From NCBI GenBank assembly GCA_041562555.1, contig JBFEXS010000025.1:1-21793 (forward strand): 21,793 bases of DNA. The letters run 5' to 3'. A program made the translations under genes and the position numbers. Shown here in pieces: positions 7,596-15,645 of the stretch. Position 1 is the stretch's first letter; every line of letters begins with the position of its first letter. The notes beneath the pieces are model-generated. The model was given only the letters and a program-made list of their open reading frames with translations, had not been told where the DNA came from and did no database searches. The DNA comes from Sulfurimonadaceae bacterium (GTDB taxonomy: Bacteria > Campylobacterota > Campylobacteria > Campylobacterales > Sulfurimonadaceae).

Positions 7596-8523
7596 ACGCG
7601 TTGCATTTATCTTCCCAGGACAGGGAAGCCAGACGATCGGTATGGGTAAAAGTTTTGTTGAAGGGTCTTCCATCGCAAAAGAGATGATGGAAAAGGCCTC
7701 TGCCGCTTCAGGGATTGATTTTGAAAAGTTGCTGTTTGAAGAGAATGAAGAGATCAATAAAACGGAGAATACTCAGCCGGCTATCTTGCTTGTCTCTTTG
7801 ATGGCACACGCTGTTTTTGCATCTAGATCAGATATCAAACCAACCCTTTTATTGGGACATTCATTGGGTGAGTTCTCTGCAGTCTCTGCAGCAGGAGCTC
7901 TGGATCCGATTGAGGCAGTGAAGCTTGTGAATGCTCGTGGTAAGCTTATGCAAGGTGCCTGTGACGAGATCGAAGCATCGATGATGGTTGTTCTTGGATT
8001 AAAGGATGAACAGGTTGAAGAGATCTGTTCAGCTGCACAATCTGAAGGGAAAAAAGTTTGGCCTGCCAATTACAATCAAGATGGTCAGCTGGTTGTTGCC
8101 GGTATGAAATCTGACCTTGCATCTATGGAGTCTGTATTTAAAGAAGCAGGTGCCAAACGTGCAATGCTGTTAAACATGTCTGTAGCATCCCATTGTCCTA
8201 TCCTGGAACCTGCACAAGCACCGTTGAAAGAAAAGATGGAAGAGGTCCTTAGCGACAGTTTCATCGCTCCGATTGTGTCTAATGTGACAACAGGAAAATA
8301 CAGTACCAAGGCTGAAGCTTTAGAGCTGTTGACTGAACAACTGACCCAGCCTGTAAAATACAAGCAAAGTATAGAGGCTATCGCCGGTGATGTGGACATT
8401 GCCATCGAGTTCGGTAATGGCAAGGTACTCGCAGGTATGAATAAGCGTATCAACAAGAATATGCCGACGTATAATGTCTTTGATATGGATTCATTAGAAT
8501 CAGTATTGGCTGAATTGGCATAA
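7588..8523 (+). CDS. fabD: Malonyl-CoA:ACP transacylase
   Basis: FPGQGSQ, TENTQPAI, catalytic GHSLGE, SVASH, QLTQPV. Confidence 0.96.
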   Translation: MSKRVAFIFPGQGSQTIGMGKSFVEGSSIAKEMMEKASAASGIDFEKLLFEENEEINKTENTQPAILLVSLMAHAVFASRSDIKPTLLLGHSLGEFSAVSAAGALDPIEAVKLVNARGKLMQGACDEIEASMMVVLGLKDEQVEEICSAAQSEGKKVWPANYNQDGQLVVAGMKSDLASMESVFKEAGAKRAMLLNMSVASHCPILEPAQAPLKEKMEEVLSDSFIAPIVSNVTTGKYSTKAEALELLTEQLTQPVKYKQSIEAIAGDVDIAIEFGNGKVLAGMNKRINKNMPTYNVFDMDSLESVLAELA

Positions 8524-9296
8524 TGCAAGTAGCTTTAGCTCAGATATCGCCAAAGCTCAATCGCAATAATATTGAGCTTCACATGCAAGAGATCCGCTCT
8601 TGTGATGCAGATGTGATCGTCTTTCCTGAGCTTTCATTAAACGGTTACCTTCTGCAGGATAAGGTATATGAGGATGCTTTTATCCTTGAGGAATTGGATT
8701 GTTTTGTCCAAGCGAGCCACGCCATTGACATTGTCCTAGGATGCGCGCTTAGACAAAACCATCGTATTTTTAATGCAGGTATCTATTTTTCAAAGGGTGA
8801 AATCAAGCATATACATCATAAGGTACATCTTCCAAACTACGGTATGTTTGAAGAGGCCCGTTACTTTTTTAAGGGCGAGCGTATCGAATTCTTCAGCAGC
8901 CTATATGGCAAGACTGCTTTGGTGGTATGCGAGGATCTATGGAGAGCAGAGAGTATAGCAGTGCTTTCCAGCCAAAAGCCTGAGATCATTTATGTCCTTG
9001 CCAATTCTCCTGTACGTGATTTTAAAGAGCAGGGTTTATTGATTAAAGACCAGTGGGAAGCAATTTTGAAGACGACAGCACTTTTATGCGGTTCCTATGT
9101 TGTTTTTGTGAACCGAATAGGTTTTGAAGATGGTGTCGGCTTTTGGGGTTCATCCATGGTAGTGACGCCTTCGGGAGAAATCGAAGCGGAACTTAAAGGT
9201 TTTGAGGCTGAGACGAAGAGTGTCAAGCTTAATCGACAGCTTCATTTCGCCCAAAAACAGATTATTAAAAATGATACTTCAAGTGATATAAGCTAA
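8523..9296 (+). CDS. Carbon-nitrogen hydrolase (nitrilase family), similar to the glutaminase domain of glutamine-dependent NAD synthetase
   Basis: Glu-Lys-Cys triad motifs FPELSLNGY, HHKVHLPNYGMFEEARYF, VCEDLW; NRIG...FWGSS. Confidence 0.85.
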   Translation: MQVALAQISPKLNRNNIELHMQEIRSCDADVIVFPELSLNGYLLQDKVYEDAFILEELDCFVQASHAIDIVLGCALRQNHRIFNAGIYFSKGEIKHIHHKVHLPNYGMFEEARYFFKGERIEFFSSLYGKTALVVCEDLWRAESIAVLSSQKPEIIYVLANSPVRDFKEQGLLIKDQWEAILKTTALLCGSYVVFVNRIGFEDGVGFWGSSMVVTPSGEIEAELKGFEAETKSVKLNRQLHFAQKQIIKNDTSSDIS

Positions 9297-9343
9297 GGTA
9301 TAGCGCATACCTCGCTAAACGATCATATGCAAAAGGGAAAAGA

Positions 9344-10033
9344 ATGAAGATTGCGATTATGGGCGCAATGCCGGAAGAGATTGCTCCGCTTTTAGACAAG
9401 GTGGGTGAGTACAGACTGACGGAGTTTGCGGATAATAAATATTATGAAGCACGTTATGCAGGTCATGAACTTGTTATCGCTTATTCAAAGATCGGAAAAG
9501 TGTTTTCAGCATTGACTGCGAGCACGATGCTTCAAAAATTTGGTGCAGAACTTCTTCTTTTTTCAGGGGTTGCTGGAGCAATTAATCCGGAGTTGAAGAT
9601 CGGAAATCTGATAGCAGCCACCCGATTGTGTCAGCATGATCTCGATATTACGGCCTTTGGTCATCCATATGGATATGTGCCTGAGGGAAAACAATTTATC
9701 GAGGCTGACAAGGACTTGATCGAAAAGGCAAAAGAGGTGGCCTCAGAAATGGGACTTTCCCTGATGGATGGTATCATAGCTACAGGTGATCAGTTTGTGG
9801 CCGATCCTGAACGTAATAAGTGGATAGGCGAGACGTTTAAAGCAGATGCTCTAGAGATGGAAGGGGCGTCGGTCGCGTGTGTATGCGATGCGATGAATGT
9901 GCCGTTTTTTGTTTTGCGTGCGATTTCAGATGCAGCAGATATGGATGCATCCTTCTCTTTTGATGAGTTCTTGGAAAGTTCAGCAAAAGAATCGGCAAGC
10001 TTTATCATCAAGATGGTAGAACACATTGGCTAA
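9344..10033 (+). CDS. mtnN: 5'-methylthioadenosine/S-adenosylhomocysteine nucleosidase (Pfs; may also act on aminofutalosine)
   Basis: MKIAIMGAMPEE, IGKV, SGVAG, TGDQFV, EMEGASVA, RAISD. Confidence 0.95.
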   Translation: MKIAIMGAMPEEIAPLLDKVGEYRLTEFADNKYYEARYAGHELVIAYSKIGKVFSALTASTMLQKFGAELLLFSGVAGAINPELKIGNLIAATRLCQHDLDITAFGHPYGYVPEGKQFIEADKDLIEKAKEVASEMGLSLMDGIIATGDQFVADPERNKWIGETFKADALEMEGASVACVCDAMNVPFFVLRAISDAADMDASFSFDEFLESSAKESASFIIKMVEHIG

Positions 10034-10796
10034 GCAAAAGAGTATTACACCTTCAAAAAAGATCATGTCCCAATTGGGAAAGACCAATGCGGCATTTGGA
10101 TTGATAGAGGAGGGAGACAAGGTTCTTGTCGGATTATCAGGGGGGAAAGACTCTCTGACCCTGATCCATGCAATGCGTGAACAGCAGCGGCGTGCTCCCT
10201 TTGACTTTGAATTTATTGCTGTAACCGTATCTTACGGAATGGGTGAGAACTTTGATTATCTGGCAAAGCATTGTGAAGAGTATGGGATCAAGTATATGGT
10301 TAAGGAGACGGAGATTTATGACACGGCTCAGGACAAGATACGCAAGAACTCTTCGTTCTGTTCGTTTTTTTCCCGTATGCGACGTGGATCTTTATACTCG
10401 GTAGCACAGGAACTGGGATGTAATAAACTCGCCCTGGGACATCATCTTGATGATGCAGCGGAGAGCTATTTTATGAATCTTATCTATAATGGACAGATGC
10501 GTTCACTCGCACCTAAATATCGGGCGGGAAATGGACTGATCGTAATCCGTCCTTTGATTCAGATGCGTGAGCGCCAGTTGCGCGGATTTGTCAAAGATAA
10601 TGGTCTGGAAGCCATTGGCGATGAAGCATGTCCTGCTATGCGCTTTGATGTGAAGATGCCCCATGCCAGGGCGACGATGAAAGAGATGCTTGCAGATATG
10701 GAGTCGAAATATCCTGATCTGTTTGTCTCTATCAATGCTGCTTTCAGTAATATCTCCGATGAGAGTTTTTTCGATCCGGAGCGTTTTGCCCTTTAA
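10026..10796 (+). CDS. ttcA: TtcA-family PP-loop tRNA 2-thiolation protein
   Basis: PP-loop SGGKDS, CSFFSRMRRG, ALGHHLDD, IRPL; TTG start overlapping mtnN. Confidence 0.8.
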   Translation: MAKQKSITPSKKIMSQLGKTNAAFGLIEEGDKVLVGLSGGKDSLTLIHAMREQQRRAPFDFEFIAVTVSYGMGENFDYLAKHCEEYGIKYMVKETEIYDTAQDKIRKNSSFCSFFSRMRRGSLYSVAQELGCNKLALGHHLDDAAESYFMNLIYNGQMRSLAPKYRAGNGLIVIRPLIQMRERQLRGFVKDNGLEAIGDEACPAMRFDVKMPHARATMKEMLADMESKYPDLFVSINAAFSNISDESFFDPERFAL

Positions 10797-10841
10797 TTCT
10801 TAAGCTTTATCGCGAATCTCTTTTGTTTTTCAATAATTATT

Positions 10842-10850
10842 TGTTATGAT
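10842..10850 (+). promoter_or_regulatory. Probable extended -10 (TGTTATGAT) for the histidine kinase
   Basis: TGnTATGAT overlaps the ORF-track ATG 10846, suggesting the true start is downstream. Confidence 0.45.
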
Positions 10851-10875
10851 TAATTATGGAATGAGAGGGTGTGTT

Positions 10876-12279
10876 TTGTTTGATAACATTAAATCGGTAG
10901 TGAAGTTCTCAGGGGCACAGCACCTTCATAATGATCTGATAAGGCTCTTTCTATCTTTGAGCTTCAAGTCCAGTATCGCGTATATATCTTCATTGATCTT
11001 TTTCGATATCGTTTTTTATGAGTTCATCCCTATAGAGCTATTGATCATCGTGTCAATCTTACATATCATCAATCAGCTTATGCGATGGTATTATGTCCAC
11101 CTGTATAAAGATAAAAAGCTCAATAAAAAACAAAAAAATATTTTTTTAAGAAACCATACTCTTCTGATATTCATGGGAGGAGTTGTCTGGGGTGTCTGTG
11201 GTGCATTGAGTGTTGTGTATGCCCCCTCTCCCTATGAGTATGTGATGGTTGTTCTTTTAGTAGCGATGTCAGCGGGAAGCATTGCGACACTCAATGCTAT
11301 TTACAGGACCTATCTTGCTTTTAATGTTCCGTTATTCCTGATTCTTGTCGGGGCCCTTTTATTTACAGGCACTATTACACATATACTCATAGCGATAATC
11401 TTAATGATCTTTACCTATGTGGTAATACAGGCTTCCTGGGATATGTACCATGGTTTAAAACGCTCCATTGAGCTTAAACATCTATACCATTATGCACAAG
11501 AAGAGCTTAAGGAGTTGAATGAGAACCTGGAAGATGTCATCTCTGAAAAGGTCGCGGAAAATCGTCAAAAAGACCAGCAGATGATCGAACAATCCCGTTT
11601 GGCCCAAATGGGTGAAATGATATCTATGATAGCGCACCAATGGCGGCAGCCCTTATCTGCAATTACTGCAACGACAGGTGCAATGACACTGCATCTGCAT
11701 TTAGAAGAACTAAGTGTAGACGAGATGCAGGAGAATATCAATAAGATCAATACGTATACGCAGTATCTTTCGGCAACAATAACTGACTTCAGGAATTTTT
11801 TTAAGCCGGATAAGGAAAAGAGCTTAATCAGTATGAATGATGTAGTACATGGTTCCTTGCAGATCATAGGTTCTTCTTTGGAAGCACAAAATATTATTTT
11901 GGAGAGTTCTTTGGAGTCGGAGCAGAAATTTAAATCCTACCCGAATGAGCTCAAGCAGGTCGTCTTAAATATCTTGAAAAATGCACAGGATGTCTTATTG
12001 GAGAAAGAAGTTCCCAATGGAAGGATCTTCATCAAGGCAGAGACTCAAGAGGGGAACTTCAAGCTTAGCATATATGACAATGCCGGCGGCATATCGGAGG
12101 AACATCTACCTTATGTGTTCGATTCCTATTTTACGACTAAAGAAAAAAGGGACGGTACGGGACTTGGTCTATATATGTCAAAGATGATTGTCGAGGATCA
12201 TTGTAAGGGTACCTTAGATGTCGAGAATACGGATGATGGAGCCTGTTTCACCCTAACAATACCGCGGGAACTAAGTTAA
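10876..12279 (+). CDS. Membrane-bound sensor histidine kinase (orphan), intramembrane-type sensor region
   Basis: About 5-6 TM helices, H-box MIAHQWRQPL, N-box LNILKNAQD, DNAGGI, F-box FDSYFTTK, GTGLGLY. Start set at TTG 10876 (GAGAGGG 6 nt upstream); ATG 10846 and ATG 10861 are alternatives. Confidence 0.9.
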   Translation: MFDNIKSVVKFSGAQHLHNDLIRLFLSLSFKSSIAYISSLIFFDIVFYEFIPIELLIIVSILHIINQLMRWYYVHLYKDKKLNKKQKNIFLRNHTLLIFMGGVVWGVCGALSVVYAPSPYEYVMVVLLVAMSAGSIATLNAIYRTYLAFNVPLFLILVGALLFTGTITHILIAIILMIFTYVVIQASWDMYHGLKRSIELKHLYHYAQEELKELNENLEDVISEKVAENRQKDQQMIEQSRLAQMGEMISMIAHQWRQPLSAITATTGAMTLHLHLEELSVDEMQENINKINTYTQYLSATITDFRNFFKPDKEKSLISMNDVVHGSLQIIGSSLEAQNIILESSLESEQKFKSYPNELKQVVLNILKNAQDVLLEKEVPNGRIFIKAETQEGNFKLSIYDNAGGISEEHLPYVFDSYFTTKEKRDGTGLGLYMSKMIVEDHCKGTLDVENTDDGACFTLTIPRELS

Positions 12280-12337
12280 AACCTTTTTTAAAAAAATCAG
12301 CAGCTACAGGGCTTAATAATCCTTGTAAAAACTTTTA

Positions 12338-12345
12338 GATATAAT
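12338..12345 (+). promoter_or_regulatory. -10 box gaTATAAT for rhodanese
   Basis: Perfect TATAAT in an AT-rich intergenic region upstream of RBS AAAGGA. Confidence 0.5.
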
Positions 12346-12397
12346 TTCATACTATTATAAATATAATATTTGATATAAAGTATCTAAAAGGATAATA

Positions 12398-12736
12398 ATG
12401 AACGTTTACCCAGATAAAGAGATGTTGGAAAACTCAGACATGAAAGTCGTTGATATCAGAACAGAGATGGAATGGAGACAGACAGGTGTTGTTCCCGGAT
12501 GCAGTACGATCACGTTTTTTGATGAGATGGGGAACTATGATGCAGAAGGTTTTCTAAAACAGATGGATGCCCTTGGGGGGAAAGAGGTAGAAATCGGTTT
12601 GATCTGCAGAACAGGTTCACGTACTGCACAAATCGCAAATTTCATGGCACAACAGGGCTATAATGTGAAAAACCTTGCAGGCGGTGTGATGAAACTGATG
12701 TCTGAAGGATATGAACTAACACCATACAAGGCCTAG
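12398..12736 (+). CDS. Single-domain rhodanese-like sulfurtransferase
   Basis: VVDIRTEMEW, active-site loop ICRTGSRT, NLAGG. Confidence 0.9.
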   Translation: MNVYPDKEMLENSDMKVVDIRTEMEWRQTGVVPGCSTITFFDEMGNYDAEGFLKQMDALGGKEVEIGLICRTGSRTAQIANFMAQQGYNVKNLAGGVMKLMSEGYELTPYKA

Positions 12737-12864
12737 TGGGTCTCAATATAGCCTTGTTTACTTGAATCCGGAAGGGTCTGATTGATCTCTTCATAGGGAG
12801 TAGATTCCTGTGAGCAGGCTGTAAAGAGAGTCATAAATAGCAGGATAAAATAGACTTTTCTCAT
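12733..12864 (-). CDS. Small (43-aa) putative lipoprotein MRKVYFILLFMTLFTACSQESTPYEEINQTLPDSSKQGYIETH
   Basis: Absent from the ORF track. AAGGAG RBS, ATGA overlap with the upstream stop, K/R + hydrophobic core + FTAC lipobox-like signal; fills the gap between its neighbours exactly. Confidence 0.75.
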   Translation of the reverse strand: MRKVYFILLFMTLFTACSQESTPYEEINQTLPDSSKQGYIETH

Positions 12865-13310
12865 TTACTCTCCTTTGTATATTCATCTTTTAAGGTCTGC
12901 AAAAACTCTAAGATTCGTATCTGATAGGTAGATACATCTTCATCAATACTACATTCTACGATAGGATGCAATGACATAATATCAATTTTTGAAGCATATC
13001 TAGGGATCTGATGCAACTCTTTTTGGATATCGTAGATCAAATCATCAATGTTGAGTCCATTCTTCTTATGCACCTTGTTGACATACTCTTTGGTAGTCAA
13101 TACAAGCATATCCACTCTCTCTTTGTCTTTATATATACGCATTCCTGCGTCATGTACAAGTGCATATTCACACTCTGCAGTGCTATGACGGTTCGCGGCG
13201 ATAATAAGGGCAAAAAGCTTGGCACGAAACTCCAAGGAGTTATGGTGGTAGACAAAAACTTCTCTAAGGCCAGTATAGAGATAATGTTTTAGATTGAATA
13301 AAAATTTCAT
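12861..13310 (-). CDS. Hypothetical helical protein (possibly TerB-like)
   Basis: 149-aa ORF with GGAG RBS and upstream TGCTATAAT; VYHHNSLEFRAK motif. Fold assignment is a guess. Confidence 0.7.
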   Translation of the reverse strand: MKFLFNLKHYLYTGLREVFVYHHNSLEFRAKLFALIIAANRHSTAECEYALVHDAGMRIYKDKERVDMLVLTTKEYVNKVHKKNGLNIDDLIYDIQKELHQIPRYASKIDIMSLHPIVECSIDEDVSTYQIRILEFLQTLKDEYTKESK

Positions 13311-13348
13311 TCGTCTCCAACGTGATATATATCTTTTCTGATCCTAAG

Positions 13349-13357
13349 ATTATAGCA
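13349..13357 (-). promoter_or_regulatory. Extended -10 promoter TGCTATAAT for the 149-aa gene/small lipoprotein operon
   Basis: Reverse complement of ATTATAGCA. Confidence 0.65.
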
Positions 13358-13423
13358 CTTTTTATGTACATATAGATATGTGTAAAGGAAATGTTGCTGA
13401 ATAAATAATAGTTATGTGATTAA

Positions 13424-13431
13424 GCTAAAAT
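13424..13431 (+). promoter_or_regulatory. -10 box gcTAAAAT for the outer-membrane protein gene
   Basis: Hexamer ends 3 nt before ORF-track ATG 13435, which favours ATG 13459 as the start. Confidence 0.45.
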
Positions 13432-13458
13432 GATATGAAAAAAGGTTATTTTATATGT

Positions 13459-14658
13459 ATGAAACGTCTCTTGTGGTTACTTCTATCCATATTTCTCTTC
13501 AGTATGAAGGTTCATGCCGTATCTGATCTAAATTCGAGTGGTCCAAGTCATGTGGACAGTCTGCATAAGGCTGTGAGTTCGAAAGTCCATAAATGGGCAG
13601 TGGACATCGATGAGATGCTTATGGATGTTTATGATTATTTTGGTGAGAACAATACGTCACAGGTGTATGAATCAAATGATATCTTATTTAAAGATGCGAA
13701 TGAATCTATAGTTGAAACAGTGGATATGAACGTTTCAATAGTGGATCATAATGATACGGAACTGGAGTTTTTTGAAGCCGATGAAGAGGAGACCGCATCA
13801 TTAACATTGAGTGAGAAGCTGCAAGAGGATAACATCAGTACAACTGTGCAGAGTTTTGATGCGTTCTTTTTAACCAGAAGAGAGCTGGAAGAAAGGGATA
13901 AATCCTATGTACGTGTACGCTTTTCACAACTTTTTAATTCTTTGTCAAGTGAGAAGACACGGGCTGAAGTACGTGCAAAATTGCATCTGGGCCGAAGCAA
14001 GAAAAAGCTTAAACTGGTCATTGAAGACCTGAATGACGACACTGCACAAAATATCGGTAGATCTGATAACAAAGAGTCTCCCTCTATCGGAGTTGAGCGC
14101 AGTTCAGGGAAAGTCTTAGGGATCAAACCCAAATATTCCATCGGTTTTCGAGGTATTGATCCTTATGTGCGGGCCCGTTATTATTATGAGACAGAGCTTG
14201 GACTGGGATGGAAGTTTCATCCGGTTCAGACTTTTTTGTATACTCTGGAAGAGGAGTTTTCAGAACTGACGGAGTTCTATTTTGATAAGCCTACAAGTGA
14301 AAACACGATGTTTCGTTTTGTGGCGGATAGAGGTACGGAAGACAGGGTGGATGGTATGCGTTATGATACATATCTGCAGTGGTTTTATACACCACGGGAT
14401 CATGCAGGTCTGAGTTTTACCCTGGGTGCGAATGCACATACAAAGTACCAAAATACGATCATCGATTCAGATCCGCCTTTGATACATGAAGAGAACAGGG
14501 TATATAACTATAGTGTATATGTACGCTGGAGAGAAAATATCTGGAAGAAATGGCTTTTTTATGAGATAACTCCCGGTGTCAATTATCATGAAGAGAATGA
14601 CTACCGACCCAATTATAATATTCTGTTCAGGGTAGAACTTTTTTTTGGACGTGTCTAA
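13459..14658 (+). CDS. Putative outer-membrane beta-barrel protein with an acidic N-terminal extension
   Basis: Sec signal peptide (MKRLLWLLLSIFLFSMKVHA), acidic region, alternating aromatic-rich beta-strand patterns, C-terminal ILFRVELFFGRV. ATG 13435 is an alternative start. Confidence 0.7.
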   Translation: MKRLLWLLLSIFLFSMKVHAVSDLNSSGPSHVDSLHKAVSSKVHKWAVDIDEMLMDVYDYFGENNTSQVYESNDILFKDANESIVETVDMNVSIVDHNDTELEFFEADEEETASLTLSEKLQEDNISTTVQSFDAFFLTRRELEERDKSYVRVRFSQLFNSLSSEKTRAEVRAKLHLGRSKKKLKLVIEDLNDDTAQNIGRSDNKESPSIGVERSSGKVLGIKPKYSIGFRGIDPYVRARYYYETELGLGWKFHPVQTFLYTLEEEFSELTEFYFDKPTSENTMFRFVADRGTEDRVDGMRYDTYLQWFYTPRDHAGLSFTLGANAHTKYQNTIIDSDPPLIHEENRVYNYSVYVRWRENIWKKWLFYEITPGVNYHEENDYRPNYNILFRVELFFGRV

Positions 14659-15605
14659 TCGCTCAGAAGGCAAAGGACTTTGTGGTCTGCTTTGGAAAGA
14701 GCAAGGGATTTGATCTCATCCAGACTGAACCATTCATGTTCGTGGACATAGTCATTGTGTAGATGCACGTGTGCCTGCAGCTTGAAGTGTGAATAGAGCT
14801 GTGTGATCTCACCAAGGGTCTGTGTAACTTTTATAGGAGTGTCGATATCATATTCACTAAATCCCCACAAGCCGTTCAAAAATTGTGTCTGACGTTGTCG
14901 GAGAGCATATTTACCCTTATGTTTATGGATAACAATATGTTTATATCGGGTAGGTGTCTTTTTCTTCGTCTTTTTTAGAGGATAGGCAAGGGGTTCTTCT
15001 TTTCCCTTACATTGATCGGCTAAGGGACAAGTATCACAGAGGGCCTCTCTTTGGATACAAATCATTGAACCAAGATCCATCATGGCCTGATTAAAGTCGT
15101 ATGGACGGTTGATATCGAAGAAATCATAGGCTTTTTGCCACAACTCTTTTTCTGTACAGGTTTTAATGGCAAAGAAACGATAGAGAATACGTTTTACATT
15201 GGCATCCAGAATGGGTACAGGGGTCTTATAGGCAAAGGAGGCAATCGCATGCGCCGTACTTTGCCCGATACCCGGTAAGTCGATAAGTTCGTGTACACTC
15301 TGGGGTAAAGAAGTTTTGCAACGTATAGCTGTCTTATGAAGATTACGTGCTCTGGTATAGTAGCCCAGACCTTCCCATCTCTTAAGTACATCATCCTCGC
15401 TCGCTTGGGCTAGATCTTGTAGTGTGGGAAAAGCGTCCAGAAAAGGAAGATAAAAGCGTTCGAGTACTGTTTTAACCTGTGTCTGTTGCAGCATAATCTC
15501 TGATACCCAAATCTTGTAAGCATCATCGATATTACGCCATGGAAGGTGATGACGTCCGTTGGCAAGGTACCATTTATACAAAGAATCATGAGCTTTTTTA
15601 AACAT
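14655..15605 (-). CDS. mutY: A/G-specific adenine glycosylase
   Basis: LPWR, VSEIMLQQT, WEGLGYY.RARNL, HhH LPGIG, DANV.R, [4Fe-4S] C-x6-C-x2-C-x5-C, SHF motif. ATG 15605 preferred over TTG 15620, which overlaps the extended -10 element. Confidence 0.95.
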   Translation of the reverse strand: MFKKAHDSLYKWYLANGRHHLPWRNIDDAYKIWVSEIMLQQTQVKTVLERFYLPFLDAFPTLQDLAQASEDDVLKRWEGLGYYTRARNLHKTAIRCKTSLPQSVHELIDLPGIGQSTAHAIASFAYKTPVPILDANVKRILYRFFAIKTCTEKELWQKAYDFFDINRPYDFNQAMMDLGSMICIQREALCDTCPLADQCKGKEEPLAYPLKKTKKKTPTRYKHIVIHKHKGKYALRQRQTQFLNGLWGFSEYDIDTPIKVTQTLGEITQLYSHFKLQAHVHLHNDYVHEHEWFSLDEIKSLALSKADHKVLCLLSD

Positions 15606-15610
15606 GTGAA

Positions 15611-15639
15611 AGTGTATCAAATTTTTATTTGGTTAGACT
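15611..15639. promoter_or_regulatory. Back-to-back -10 boxes for mutY (TGaTACACT, minus) and yigZ (gtTAGACT, plus)
   Basis: Hexamers at 15611-15616 (-) and 15634-15639 (+), 5 and 6 nt from their ATGs. Confidence 0.55.
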
Positions 15640-15645
15640 TTTAGG

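Noticed and set aside
9296..9312. AGGTAT-AGCGC-ATACCT hairpin between the CN-hydrolase and mtnN
   Set aside because: Only a 6-bp stem, no U-tract, and the spacer is too short for a riboswitch I can recognise.
12284..12296. T6-A7 run after the histidine kinase
   Set aside because: No GC stem; not supportable as a terminator.
12575..12580. G6 tract in rhodanese (also G6 in ttcA and C6 near 243)
   Set aside because: Too short for typical phase-variable tracts (usually 8 or more); frames are intact and encode Gly-Gly.
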